64,000 nucleotides of DNA from an uncultured Lachnospiraceae bacterium (GTDB taxonomy: Bacteria; Bacillota; Clostridia; Lachnospirales; Lachnospiraceae): NCBI GenBank assembly GCA_910585765.1, contig CAJUES010000005.1, positions 19,351-83,350 of the forward strand, given 5' to 3'. The stretch's first letter is position 1. Each line of letters begins with the position of its first letter. The position numbers and the translations under genes were made by a program. The notes under the pieces were generated by a model. That model did not search any database, had not been told where the DNA came from, and was given only the letters and a program-made list of their open reading frames with translations. Below, one piece after another: positions 27,213 through 36,623 of this stretch.

Positions 27213-28082
27213 ATGAAAGGTATTATATTAGCAGGCGGCAGCGGCACCAGACTCTATCCCCTGACAAAGGCGATTTCCAAGCAGATCATGCCTGTGTACG
27301 ACAAGCCGATGATCTATTATCCGCTGTCGACACTGATGCTTGCAGGGATCAGGGATATACTGATCATCTCGACGCCGCGCGATCTGCCGGTGTTTGAGGA
27401 ATTGTTCGGCACAGGGGAGCAGCTCGGGCTGCACATGGAGTACGCGGTGCAGGAGAAGCCAAGAGGACTTGCGGACGCGTTCATCATCGGCGCGGATTTT
27501 ATCGGGACGGACTGCGTGGCGCTGGTGCTCGGGGACAATATCTTCTATGGGCAGAGCTTCTCGAAGCTGCTGCAGCGCGTCGCGGCAAAGGAGAGCGGTG
27601 CCACGATATTCGGATATTATGTGCGCGACCCGCGGGAGTACGGCGTTGTCGAGTTTGACAAGAACGGGAAAGCGATCTCCATCGAGGAGAAGCCCGAGAA
27701 GCCAAAGAGCAACTACGCGGTGCCGGGATTATATTTTTATGACAACGATGTCGTGCAGATCGCCAGGAACGTGAAGCCGTCCGCGAGAGGCGAGATCGAG
27801 ATCACGAGCATCAACAATGAATACCTGCAGCGCGGGACGCTGACGGTGGAGACGATGGGGCGCGGTTTCGCGTGGCTCGACACGGGGAATCACGATTCGC
27901 TCCTGGATGCCGCTGATTTTGTCTGTGCGTTTCAGAAGAGGCAGGGGCTGTATATATCCTGCATCGAGGAGATCGCATACAAGAGGGGATTCATCACGAG
28001 GGGGCAGCTGCTCGAGCTTGCGGAGCCTCTGATGAAGACGGATTACGGAAAGTATCTGGTAGAGGTAGCCAATGGACTCTAA
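27213..28082 (+). CDS. rmlA: Glucose-1-phosphate thymidylyltransferase
   Basis: [38 protein letters not shown]. Confidence 0.97.
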   Translation: MKGIILAGGSGTRLYPLTKAISKQIMPVYDKPMIYYPLSTLMLAGIRDILIISTPRDLPVFEELFGTGEQLGLHMEYAVQEKPRGLADAFIIGADFIGTDCVALVLGDNIFYGQSFSKLLQRVAAKESGATIFGYYVRDPREYGVVEFDKNGKAISIEEKPEKPKSNYAVPGLYFYDNDVVQIARNVKPSARGEIEITSINNEYLQRGTLTVETMGRGFAWLDTGNHDSLLDAADFVCAFQKRQGLYISCIEEIAYKRGFITRGQLLELAEPLMKTDYGKYLVEVANGL

Positions 28083-29382
28083 GGGAAAGAAGATCGGAAT
28101 ACTGTTTGTGCTGTGCGCGCTGCTGGTGGTGATGGCAGCGGTAGTGATGGCGAACTACAACCGCTTTTTGGGAAAGGACACCAGAGCAGTGTCCGGCAGC
28201 GGCACGGACAGTGTTTCCAGTCAGATCATAGAAGCGGACGGAAAGGTGCACGGTGCTGACTTGTCAGCATTCATGAAGGACAGCGAGTTCTTTGATGCCG
28301 ATGTGCCGAACAGTTCGAACCAGAATACATATGATGAGGTGGATGAAAACGGGAATCCGGTGCGCAGTCTCACCATTTCGGCGAGCTCCGTGGAGCGCGA
28401 TATCCGGGTGAAGATCATGGACGACAAGGGCGATGTGGTGCCGGGGCAGGCGTTCGAAGTGGAGGTCGCGGACACGGGCGTGTACGTCGACGAGGACAAG
28501 GACGGTGTCATACTGATCTCCGACATCAAACCCGGAGAGTACAAGGTCTCGCTGGGTGAGCAGCAAGGCTTCAAGGTGCCGGCAGCCCCGGTCAGCGTCA
28601 GGGTGAAGTCCATTGTGTCCTACACCGTCATCGACGATATCGACTTCTTTGTCCATGCGGAGTCGGAGGTTGACATCCTGAAGGAGGACACGAAGGACAA
28701 GAAGCTCGACAGCGAGGACGAGGATGACTCCCAGTACACGGCGCTGCTCGACATGGAGGAGGACGAGCACGCCAACGCGGTCAAGCTCGGCATCGATGTG
28801 TCCAAGTGGAACGGCGAGATTGACTGGGAGGTCGTGAAGGCTGAGGGCGTTGATTTTGCGATCATACGGTGCGGCTACAGAGGTTCTTCCTCGGGCTGGC
28901 TGCTCGAAGATCCGTATTTCTACAAGAATCTGACAGGCGCGAAGAAGGCGGGCATCAAGGTCGGTCTGTACTTCTTCACACAGGCGACGAACCTTGTGGA
29001 GGCAGTCGAGGAGGCGAGTATGGTGGTTTCCCTGCTCGGGGACACCGAGATCGAGTACCCGGTCTTTATCGACACGGAGGGCGCAGGCGGAAACGGAAGG
29101 GCGGACAACCTCGATCCGGGGACGCGGACAGCCGTGGTCAACGCATTCTGCCAGACGATCCAGAATGCGGGGCTTGACGCGGGCGTCTACTCGGGCCGCA
29201 ACTGGTTCTACAATAATCTCATTGTGGACGAGATGGAGGCGCCGAACGTGTGGCTTGCGGAGTACAGGCAGACACCGCTCTACGAGGGGCGCTACGACAT
29301 GTGGCAGTACACTTCAAGCGGCTCTGTCGCCGGCATCGAGGGAAGAGTGGACTTAAATATCAGCTATCTGGGGATCGAGTGA
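28072..29382 (+). CDS. Second membrane-anchored GH25 lysozyme
   Basis: N-terminal [30 protein letters not shown]...VDLN; clear paralog of the C-terminus of the 22152 protein. Confidence 0.88.
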   Translation: MDSKGKKIGILFVLCALLVVMAAVVMANYNRFLGKDTRAVSGSGTDSVSSQIIEADGKVHGADLSAFMKDSEFFDADVPNSSNQNTYDEVDENGNPVRSLTISASSVERDIRVKIMDDKGDVVPGQAFEVEVADTGVYVDEDKDGVILISDIKPGEYKVSLGEQQGFKVPAAPVSVRVKSIVSYTVIDDIDFFVHAESEVDILKEDTKDKKLDSEDEDDSQYTALLDMEEDEHANAVKLGIDVSKWNGEIDWEVVKAEGVDFAIIRCGYRGSSSGWLLEDPYFYKNLTGAKKAGIKVGLYFFTQATNLVEAVEEASMVVSLLGDTEIEYPVFIDTEGAGGNGRADNLDPGTRTAVVNAFCQTIQNAGLDAGVYSGRNWFYNNLIVDEMEAPNVWLAEYRQTPLYEGRYDMWQYTSSGSVAGIEGRVDLNISYLGIE

Positions 29383-29492
29383 TCCGTACCGGAAGCGGGG
29401 CAGATCGGAAAATAGCGAAAAGATCGGGGATTCAGGATATTTTGAACCTGCAATTTGTAAAATTGTGAAATAGGGAAAGGAATCATGAAAAC

Positions 29493-30059
29493 ATGGGAAA
29501 GATTACAGTAGAGGAATGCGTCGTGGACGGGGTGGTCATAGAGGGACTCAAGGTGATCACACCGCAGGTGCATGGGGATAACAGAGGTTATTTTATAGAG
29601 ACCTACAATTATAATGATTTCAGGGAAGCGGGCATTGACCATGTGTTTGTGCAGGACAACCAGTCTGCGTCAAGGAGAGGTGTGCTCCGGGGACTTCATT
29701 TTCAGAAGGAGTACCCGCAGGATAAGCTTGTCCGCGTCGTGCGGGGGGAAGTGTTCGACGTGGTTGTGGATCTGCGGGAAGGCTCAGAGACATACGGAAA
29801 ATGGTTTGGTGTCCTGCTGTCGGAGGAGAACAAGAAACAGTTTTTTGTCCCCAAGAATTTTGCCCATGGCTTTCTGGTCCTGTCGGAGTATGCGGAGTTC
29901 TGCTACAAGGTCACGGACTTTTACCACCCGAATGACGAGGGCGGGCTGCTGTGGAGCGATCCCGATATCGGGATCAAGTGGCCGATCCCGGAAGGCGTGG
30001 AGCCGATCCTTGCCGACAGGGATCAGAAATGGGGCGGTATAAAGGATTTTAAGCGATGA
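29493..30059 (+). CDS. rmlC: dTDP-4-dehydrorhamnose 3,5-epimerase
   Basis: DNRGYF, QDNQS, GVLRGLHFQ, FAHGF, YKVT. Confidence 0.95.
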   Translation: MGKITVEECVVDGVVIEGLKVITPQVHGDNRGYFIETYNYNDFREAGIDHVFVQDNQSASRRGVLRGLHFQKEYPQDKLVRVVRGEVFDVVVDLREGSETYGKWFGVLLSEENKKQFFVPKNFAHGFLVLSEYAEFCYKVTDFYHPNDEGGLLWSDPDIGIKWPIPEGVEPILADRDQKWGGIKDFKR

Positions 30060-30877
30060 GGAGTAGTCTGGCAGGGCTGTGGCAGTCGAGACAGCTGATC
30101 TGGAAACTGGCAAAAAACGATTTCAAGAACCGCTTTGCAGGCTCGTATATGGGGCGTGTCTGGGCGTTTGCACAGCCTGTCGTGACTGTGCTGCTGTACT
30201 GGTTTGTGTTTGGATATATCATGATGCCGGACAAGAAAGAGATGCTGACGGCAGGGGCGGAAGCGCCGTATGTGCTGTGGCTGACGGCGGGGCTTGTGCC
30301 CTGGTTCTATTTCAGCGAGGCGCTCAGCAACGGGACGACATCCCTTCTCGAGTACAGTTATCTGGTGAAAAAAGTGGTATTCCAGATCCGCATCATACCG
30401 ATGGTCAAGCTGATCGCCGCATCCTTTATCCACCTATTTTTCGTGGCGTTCATGCTGGTGCTGTATGTGTGCTACGGCTACACGCCCGATCTGTATCTGC
30501 TGCAGCTGCCGTATTTTAGTTTCTGCCTGCTCATGCTGGTGCTGGCGCTGAGCTACACAACCTGTGCGGTCGCGGTCTTTTTCAGGGATCTGATGCAGAT
30601 CGTCAACATCATCCTGCAGGTCGGCATGTGGGCGACACCGATCCTGTGGAATATCAGATTTCTTGACGGGAAGCCGCTGCTGCAGGGGATCATCAAGTGC
30701 AATCCGGTCTTTTACATTGTCAATGGTTACAGGAACGCCATGTTTGCCGACACGTGGTTCTGGCAGGATTCCATGGGAGCTATGACCGTGTATTTCTGGG
30801 TTGTCACCGCTGTGCTGTTCGCGGTGGGGACGCTGATCTTTAGAAGGCTCAAAGTGCATTTTGCCGATGTGCTGTGA
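30056..30877 (+). CDS. wzm: Polysaccharide ABC transporter permease
   Basis: DFKNRFAGS, LVKKVVF, FRDL..I, NP..YIV.GYR, FADVL end. Confidence 0.92.
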   Translation: MRSSLAGLWQSRQLIWKLAKNDFKNRFAGSYMGRVWAFAQPVVTVLLYWFVFGYIMMPDKKEMLTAGAEAPYVLWLTAGLVPWFYFSEALSNGTTSLLEYSYLVKKVVFQIRIIPMVKLIAASFIHLFFVAFMLVLYVCYGYTPDLYLLQLPYFSFCLLMLVLALSYTTCAVAVFFRDLMQIVNIILQVGMWATPILWNIRFLDGKPLLQGIIKCNPVFYIVNGYRNAMFADTWFWQDSMGAMTVYFWVVTAVLFAVGTLIFRRLKVHFADVL

Positions 30878-30948
30878 TGCGGCACACGGACACCCGACGC
30901 ATAAAAAGACGATCCAGGTGCCAGGAGCGCCGAAATACAGGGGGAACT

Positions 30949-32280
30949 ATGGAAGACAAACAGCTGCGAAAAGAAGAAGGCGGTGTGGATGCCGGGACTG
31001 CGATCGCGGTGTCGCACGTCAGCAAGACGTATAAACTCTATGACAAGCCGATGGACAGGCTCAAGGAAGCCTTGAAGCTGACCAGGCAGCAGAAATACCG
31101 CGAGGCGCATGCGCTGTCAGACATCAGCTTTGATGTCGGGCAGGGGGAGTGCGTCGGGATCATCGGGACAAACGGTTCCGGCAAGTCTACGATCCTAAAG
31201 ATTATAACGGGTGTCCTCAATCCCACGAGCGGCAGCGTCGCTGTCAACGGGCGGATCTCTGCGCTGTTGGAGCTGGGCGCCGGTTTTAACATGGAGTATA
31301 CGGGGATCGAGAACATCTATCTCAACGGCACGATGAACGGTTTTTCGAATGAAGAGATCGACGCGAGGATGCAGGATATCCTGGATTTTGCGGATATCGG
31401 CGACTATGTGCGCCAGCCGGTGAAGACGTACTCGAGCGGTATGTTTGTGCGCCTCGCCTTCTCGGTGGCGATCAACATCGACCCGGAGATCCTGATCGTC
31501 GATGAGGCGCTTTCCGTCGGCGATGTGTTTTTCCAGGCGAAGTGCTATCACAAGTTCGAGGAGTTCAAAAAGATGGGCAAGACGATCATGATCGTGAGCC
31601 ATGACCTGAGCAGCATCGCGAAATACTGTGACAGGGTGATCCTGCTCAACCAGGGCGTGAAGCTCGGGGAGGGCTCCCCGAAAGCGATGATCGATGACTA
31701 CAAGCGCGTCCTGGTGGGACAGTATGAGCTGCCGACGTCAAAGAAGGAGCAGAATCTCATAGGCGACGAGGAGATCCAGGACGCGGTGCACAGGCAGGCT
31801 GCCGCCGCAAAGCGCGGGGACGCGCAGGACTCAAAGGCGCTGGAGTACGGCACGAAGGAAGCCGAGATCGAGGAGATCTATCTGACGGACGACCGCGGGA
31901 CGAGGACCAATTCGATCTTGAAGGGACTGCCCTTCCAGATCCACATGCGGGTGCGGTTTGACCGGGATCTGCCGGCGCCGATCTTTGCCTTTTCGTTCAA
32001 GACGGCAAAGGGCACGGAGATCACGGGGACGAACACGATGTTTGAGAAGGCGTTCCTCGAACCGGTGAAAGCCGGCGACACGAAGGCGGTCTGCTTTTCG
32101 CAGAAGATGTCGCTGCAGGGCGGTGAGTACCTGCTCTCCTTTGGCGTGACAGGGTATGAGGGAGATGATTTCAAGGTGTATCACAGACTTTACGATGCCA
32201 TCGACGTGACCGTTGTGTCCGACAAGAACACCGTGGGATATTACGACATGGACTCGGCAGTCGAGGTCAAAAGCGTGTAG
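30949..32280 (+). CDS. wzt: Polysaccharide ABC transporter ATPase with C-terminal Wzt_C domain
   Basis: GTNGSGKST, YSSGM, DEALSVGD, VSHD; C-terminal YGT...GEY domain. Confidence 0.93.
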   Translation: MEDKQLRKEEGGVDAGTAIAVSHVSKTYKLYDKPMDRLKEALKLTRQQKYREAHALSDISFDVGQGECVGIIGTNGSGKSTILKIITGVLNPTSGSVAVNGRISALLELGAGFNMEYTGIENIYLNGTMNGFSNEEIDARMQDILDFADIGDYVRQPVKTYSSGMFVRLAFSVAINIDPEILIVDEALSVGDVFFQAKCYHKFEEFKKMGKTIMIVSHDLSSIAKYCDRVILLNQGVKLGEGSPKAMIDDYKRVLVGQYELPTSKKEQNLIGDEEIQDAVHRQAAAAKRGDAQDSKALEYGTKEAEIEEIYLTDDRGTRTNSILKGLPFQIHMRVRFDRDLPAPIFAFSFKTAKGTEITGTNTMFEKAFLEPVKAGDTKAVCFSQKMSLQGGEYLLSFGVTGYEGDDFKVYHRLYDAIDVTVVSDKNTVGYYDMDSAVEVKSV

Positions 32281-32361
32281 ACGCGCGCCGCGGCGTGTTG
32301 AGATCAGATAAGGAACTGATGGAAAATGATGGAGTAAGCAATATCGGGGGTGAAGAGGAGC

Positions 32362-34461
32362 ATGGCAGAGGAGACACAGGTGAGACTGGAGAAGATCGGC
32401 AGTGTCACGATGGATTACACGTATTATACGGGACAGGATCTGTATTCGGATGGCGATATCGAGGACAAGATGCTTGACATTGCCATGTACAATCCGCCGG
32501 AGGATTTTCCCAAGATCATCGAGGCGGAGCGGAGCTGGCCTGTTTTTTATCATTTCTCGCCGCTTCGGACAAATATCATAGACTGGATCCCGTTCAGGAA
32601 AACGGATAAGGTGCTCGAGATCGGCGCAGGGTGCGGTGCGATCTCGGGGGCGCTTGCAAGGAGGGCAGGCAGTGTCACCTGCATCGACCTGTCCAAAAAG
32701 CGCAGCATGGTCAACGCCTACCGCAACCGCAACGCGGACAATATCACGATCATGGTCGGCAACTTCAAGGACATCGAGCCGCATCTCGACGAGGACTACG
32801 ACTATGTGCTGCTGATCGGCGTCTTTGAGTACGGGCAGGCGTACATCGGCGGGGAGAATCCCTACGAGGATTTTCTGCGGATCTGCGACCGCCACAGGAA
32901 GCTTGACGGGCGTCTGGTTATTGCGATCGAAAACAAGTTCGGTCTCAAGTACTGGGCAGGCTGCCGCGAGGATCATCTGGGGACGTATTTTTCCGGGATC
33001 GAGGGGTACCATGCAGGCGGTTCGGCAAGGACTTTCACGCGGCGAGGCCTGGAAAAACTTCTTGACAAGGCAGGGATCCACGAGTATTCCTTTTACTATC
33101 CATATCCTGATTACAAATTTGTGACGACGATCTACTCTGACCAGTATCTTCCGAAAAAAGGTGAGCTCAGCAATAATTTGAGGAATTTTGACAGGGAGAG
33201 GGTGCTGCTGTTCGATGAAAAACAGGTGTTTGACGAGATCATAGACGAGAATGAGTTCCCGCTTTTCTCAAATTCGTACCTGCTGGTGGTCGGCGGTGCG
33301 CCCAATGTGATCTACACAAAGTTCTCCAACGACAGGGTTGCAAAGTGGGCGATCCGCACTTCCATCGTCAGGGAGATGCCGGGGCATGTGCATGTGGAGA
33401 AGCTGCCGGACACGGAGGCGGCATGCAGGCATCTGCTGAGCACAAAGCAGGCGTGCGAGCAGCTTTCTGCGCGGTATGAGAACACGAAGATCGATATCAA
33501 TCAGTGCACCGTCATCGGCGGCGACGTCAAAAACGGGCTGTCCTTTGAGTACTGCAGGGGGGAGACACTGGAAAATCTGCTCGACGAGTGTCTGGTGCGG
33601 ACGGATGTGGCGGGCTTCAAGTCACTGATCCAGGAGTATATGCACTGGGTCCACTACAACGAGGATACCCATGCAGTCAGCAATTTTGACTTTATCTTTC
33701 CCAATATTCTCGTGGACGGGAAGCGGTGGCATGTCATTGACTACGAGTGGACTTTCGACAGACATATCGAGGCGAAGGACATCGCATTCCGCGCCTTCTA
33801 CAACTATACATTGGGCGGGGAGATGCGAAAGGCGTGCGGGGATCTTCTGATGAAGGACATCCTGGGATTTACGGATGAGGAGATCAGAGCCGCGGTCGAG
33901 GAGGAGAAGGAATTTCAGCTGCGCATCACGGGCAGCCGCGCATCGGCGGGACGTATGCGGGAGCTGATCGGCAACAGGGCGTACGCGCTCGACGGCATGT
34001 TGAAATACTGCAATCATGCGGATCTAAAATACATCACGCAAATCTTTGTGGATTACGGAGAGGGGTTCACGGAGGAGAATTCCGTGAGGCTCCGGGACTG
34101 TTTTTCGCTCGGGCGGTATCTGAAACTGGAGTACGATATCCCGGATGCGGCTGTGAGGATCCGGATCGATCCGTGCACATATCCGTGCGTGGTGGATATC
34201 CGTGAGATCAAGGCGGGGGACAGGATCTACACGGCGGATGTCATCGAGGTGAACGGCAGATGGCAGGAGTGCGGCTCGATCGTGTTTGACGATGAGGATC
34301 CCAATCTTGCGATTGATGTCGTGGGCGGGAGTCATCTTTCTGTGGATATGGATGTGCTGGAGCTTACGCCGGCGTTTGCCAGACAGCTTGTGCAGACTGC
34401 CGTGAAAGAAAATTTTGTCACAAAAACAAAGGGGTTTCTAAAGACAAAGTTGAGAGGGTAA
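32362..34461 (+). CDS. Class I SAM methyltransferase fused to a kinase-like domain (WbdD-like chain-terminator candidate)
   Basis: VLEIGAGCG SAM motif; ENKFGLKYWAG; central FDFIFPNIL...IDYEW kinase-like motifs. Confidence 0.75.
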   Translation: MAEETQVRLEKIGSVTMDYTYYTGQDLYSDGDIEDKMLDIAMYNPPEDFPKIIEAERSWPVFYHFSPLRTNIIDWIPFRKTDKVLEIGAGCGAISGALARRAGSVTCIDLSKKRSMVNAYRNRNADNITIMVGNFKDIEPHLDEDYDYVLLIGVFEYGQAYIGGENPYEDFLRICDRHRKLDGRLVIAIENKFGLKYWAGCREDHLGTYFSGIEGYHAGGSARTFTRRGLEKLLDKAGIHEYSFYYPYPDYKFVTTIYSDQYLPKKGELSNNLRNFDRERVLLFDEKQVFDEIIDENEFPLFSNSYLLVVGGAPNVIYTKFSNDRVAKWAIRTSIVREMPGHVHVEKLPDTEAACRHLLSTKQACEQLSARYENTKIDINQCTVIGGDVKNGLSFEYCRGETLENLLDECLVRTDVAGFKSLIQEYMHWVHYNEDTHAVSNFDFIFPNILVDGKRWHVIDYEWTFDRHIEAKDIAFRAFYNYTLGGEMRKACGDLLMKDILGFTDEEIRAAVEEEKEFQLRITGSRASAGRMRELIGNRAYALDGMLKYCNHADLKYITQIFVDYGEGFTEENSVRLRDCFSLGRYLKLEYDIPDAAVRIRIDPCTYPCVVDIREIKAGDRIYTADVIEVNGRWQECGSIVFDDEDPNLAIDVVGGSHLSVDMDVLELTPAFARQLVQTAVKENFVTKTKGFLKTKLRG

Positions 34462-34498
34462 TGTGGGAAGTGATTCCCGGAGTGGGGGATTTGCTGAT

Positions 34499-36586
34499 AT
34501 GTTTGGAAAGATAAAGGATGCCATACAGGGCAGATTATATAAGAAATGTATCAATGAGTACGAGAGGGCGTTGCGCTGCCAGACAGACCCGTATCTGCTG
34601 TGGATCAAGGAAAATGAGCAGGCGTTCGCGGCGGAGACGCCCGGGGAGCAGCGGGTAGCGTTTGACATCGTGTATATGCAGGAGTGCGGCAGGGATTTTT
34701 CCCTGTCGGGTTTCGACAAGGAGTACATTTTGTTTGTGTCGGATGAGGGCAGGATCGCGGCGGAGGTCTATCATGAGATCCCGCGGTATTTCGAGAAGCA
34801 TGCGGATGTGAACATCGTCTATGCCGACGAGGATACCTGGATGCTCGAGGCGAAAAAGGAAGTGGACAGGGATCTGGTGAACGATGAGAGCGCACACAGG
34901 ATCTTTCCGTGGACCAAACCGATGTGGTCGCCGGACACACTGATGTCCTTCCTGTATTTCGGCAATATTTTTGCGATCCGCAGGGAGGCGTACCTCGGGC
35001 TCGAATGGCTTGGGGACAGCGATTACCGCAAGAATATATACGATTTTGTGCTCAAGGCGACAGAGCTTGGGAAGCGCCCCGGGCACATCGAGAAGATCCT
35101 TTTTCACGCCTACGAGAGGGGAAGCAGCAGGGAGGAGATCGAGGACAGGCTCATGCACAGGACGGATCTGATCGGCGCGGGGAGGGCGTATGACGCTATC
35201 CGTGAGCGCGCTTTTGCAAGGCGCGGTCTGAGAGGGCGGATGGTCGTGGATGCGAAGACACAGATCTCCTATCCGGTCTACGAGCTGCCGGATCAGCCGC
35301 TTGTCAGCATCATCATCCCCTCGAAGGACAACCCGGAGGCGCTCAGACAGTGCATACGCTCGGTCTACGCGCATACGGATTACCCGAATTATGAGATCAT
35401 TGTCGTCGACAACGGAAGCACTGCGCGGGTGCGCGTCGGGTTGGAAAATTTCAGGCAGGAGTGCCCGTTTACGTATCTGTATGTGCCGATGGAATTTAAC
35501 TTTTCCCATATGTGCAATATCGGCGTGCGCGAGTCTAAGGGAGAGTTCATTTTACTGCTGAATGACGACATGGAGGTGATCGAGGATACATGGCTCACCA
35601 GGATGGCGGGTCAGGCTTCCCTGAAACATGTCGGATCTGTCGGGGCAAAGCTTCTGTACCCGGATTCAACGTTGATACAGCACGCCGGGATCAGCAACAC
35701 GCTGTACGGTCCCGGACACAAACTCAAGAAGATGGATGACAGCATGTCCTATTATTATGGAAGGAACCGCTTCGTGTATGACCTGATCGGTGTCACGGCG
35801 GCATGCCTTATGATGCGCAGGAGTTATTATCTGGCGATAGGAGGACTGTTCGAGGGGCTCGCCGTGGCATATAATGATGTGGATCTGTGTTTCAGGCTGT
35901 GCAGCAAGGGGCTGTACAATGTCCAGAGAAACGATGTTGTGCTGTACCACCACGAGTCGCTCAGCCGCGGGGATGACCTCCAGGATGAGACAAAGCTGAA
36001 ACGCCTGCTGGCGGAGAAGGATGTCCTGTACAGGAGACACCCGAAATTTTACAGGAAGGATCCGTTTATCGGGACACTTTTGAACAGCGGGGAGCCGGAG
36101 TACAGCTGCCGTTGGCTGGAGCGGTATGAGCTCTTTAACATATTTGACTCCGATGATATGCTCGCCGAATCCAAGAAGCTCCCGGCACAGGATAAAATGA
36201 ATCAGGCGATCATGATCACGGTGGAGGACTGCGGCAGGGAGAACTTTGCGAAGGCAGTGACCAGGAACGGACAGAAGAAAAAGACCTATTACCTCATCAA
36301 GGGCTGGGCATATGTGCCGGGCGTGGACAATGCGCGCTACCGCTTCAAGATCCTGCTGGTGAACAGCGCCGGCAAGGTGTGGGAGCTGCCGGTGCAGAGG
36401 CGGTACCGCAAGGATGTGGAGGCGATCCTGCCGGACGAGACGAATGTGAAACTGACAGGCTTCTGCAACTGGATCTTTGAGGGCGCGCTGCCGCCGGATA
36501 CGTATGAGCTGTGGATGACCGCGAAGGACGGCTGCTCCAGACAGCGGTTGTATCGGAGTATGGAGAAAACGTTGACGATCGAATAG
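34499..36586 (+). CDS. Two-domain GT2 glycosyltransferase
   Basis: YADED, IIIPSKD, LLNDD, VGAKLLYP, VTAACL, YNDVDLC, HHESLSRG. Confidence 0.88.
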   Translation: MFGKIKDAIQGRLYKKCINEYERALRCQTDPYLLWIKENEQAFAAETPGEQRVAFDIVYMQECGRDFSLSGFDKEYILFVSDEGRIAAEVYHEIPRYFEKHADVNIVYADEDTWMLEAKKEVDRDLVNDESAHRIFPWTKPMWSPDTLMSFLYFGNIFAIRREAYLGLEWLGDSDYRKNIYDFVLKATELGKRPGHIEKILFHAYERGSSREEIEDRLMHRTDLIGAGRAYDAIRERAFARRGLRGRMVVDAKTQISYPVYELPDQPLVSIIIPSKDNPEALRQCIRSVYAHTDYPNYEIIVVDNGSTARVRVGLENFRQECPFTYLYVPMEFNFSHMCNIGVRESKGEFILLLNDDMEVIEDTWLTRMAGQASLKHVGSVGAKLLYPDSTLIQHAGISNTLYGPGHKLKKMDDSMSYYYGRNRFVYDLIGVTAACLMMRRSYYLAIGGLFEGLAVAYNDVDLCFRLCSKGLYNVQRNDVVLYHHESLSRGDDLQDETKLKRLLAEKDVLYRRHPKFYRKDPFIGTLLNSGEPEYSCRWLERYELFNIFDSDDMLAESKKLPAQDKMNQAIMITVEDCGRENFAKAVTRNGQKKKTYYLIKGWAYVPGVDNARYRFKILLVNSAGKVWELPVQRRYRKDVEAILPDETNVKLTGFCNWIFEGALPPDTYELWMTAKDGCSRQRLYRSMEKTLTIE

Positions 36587-36623
36587 GACAGGATCACGGA
36601 TATTGAGATGAAAATGGATGCAT

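Noticed and set aside
22152..29382. GH25 lysozymes as prophage endolysins
   Set aside because: Membrane-anchored, embedded among rml genes, and no holin or other phage genes nearby.
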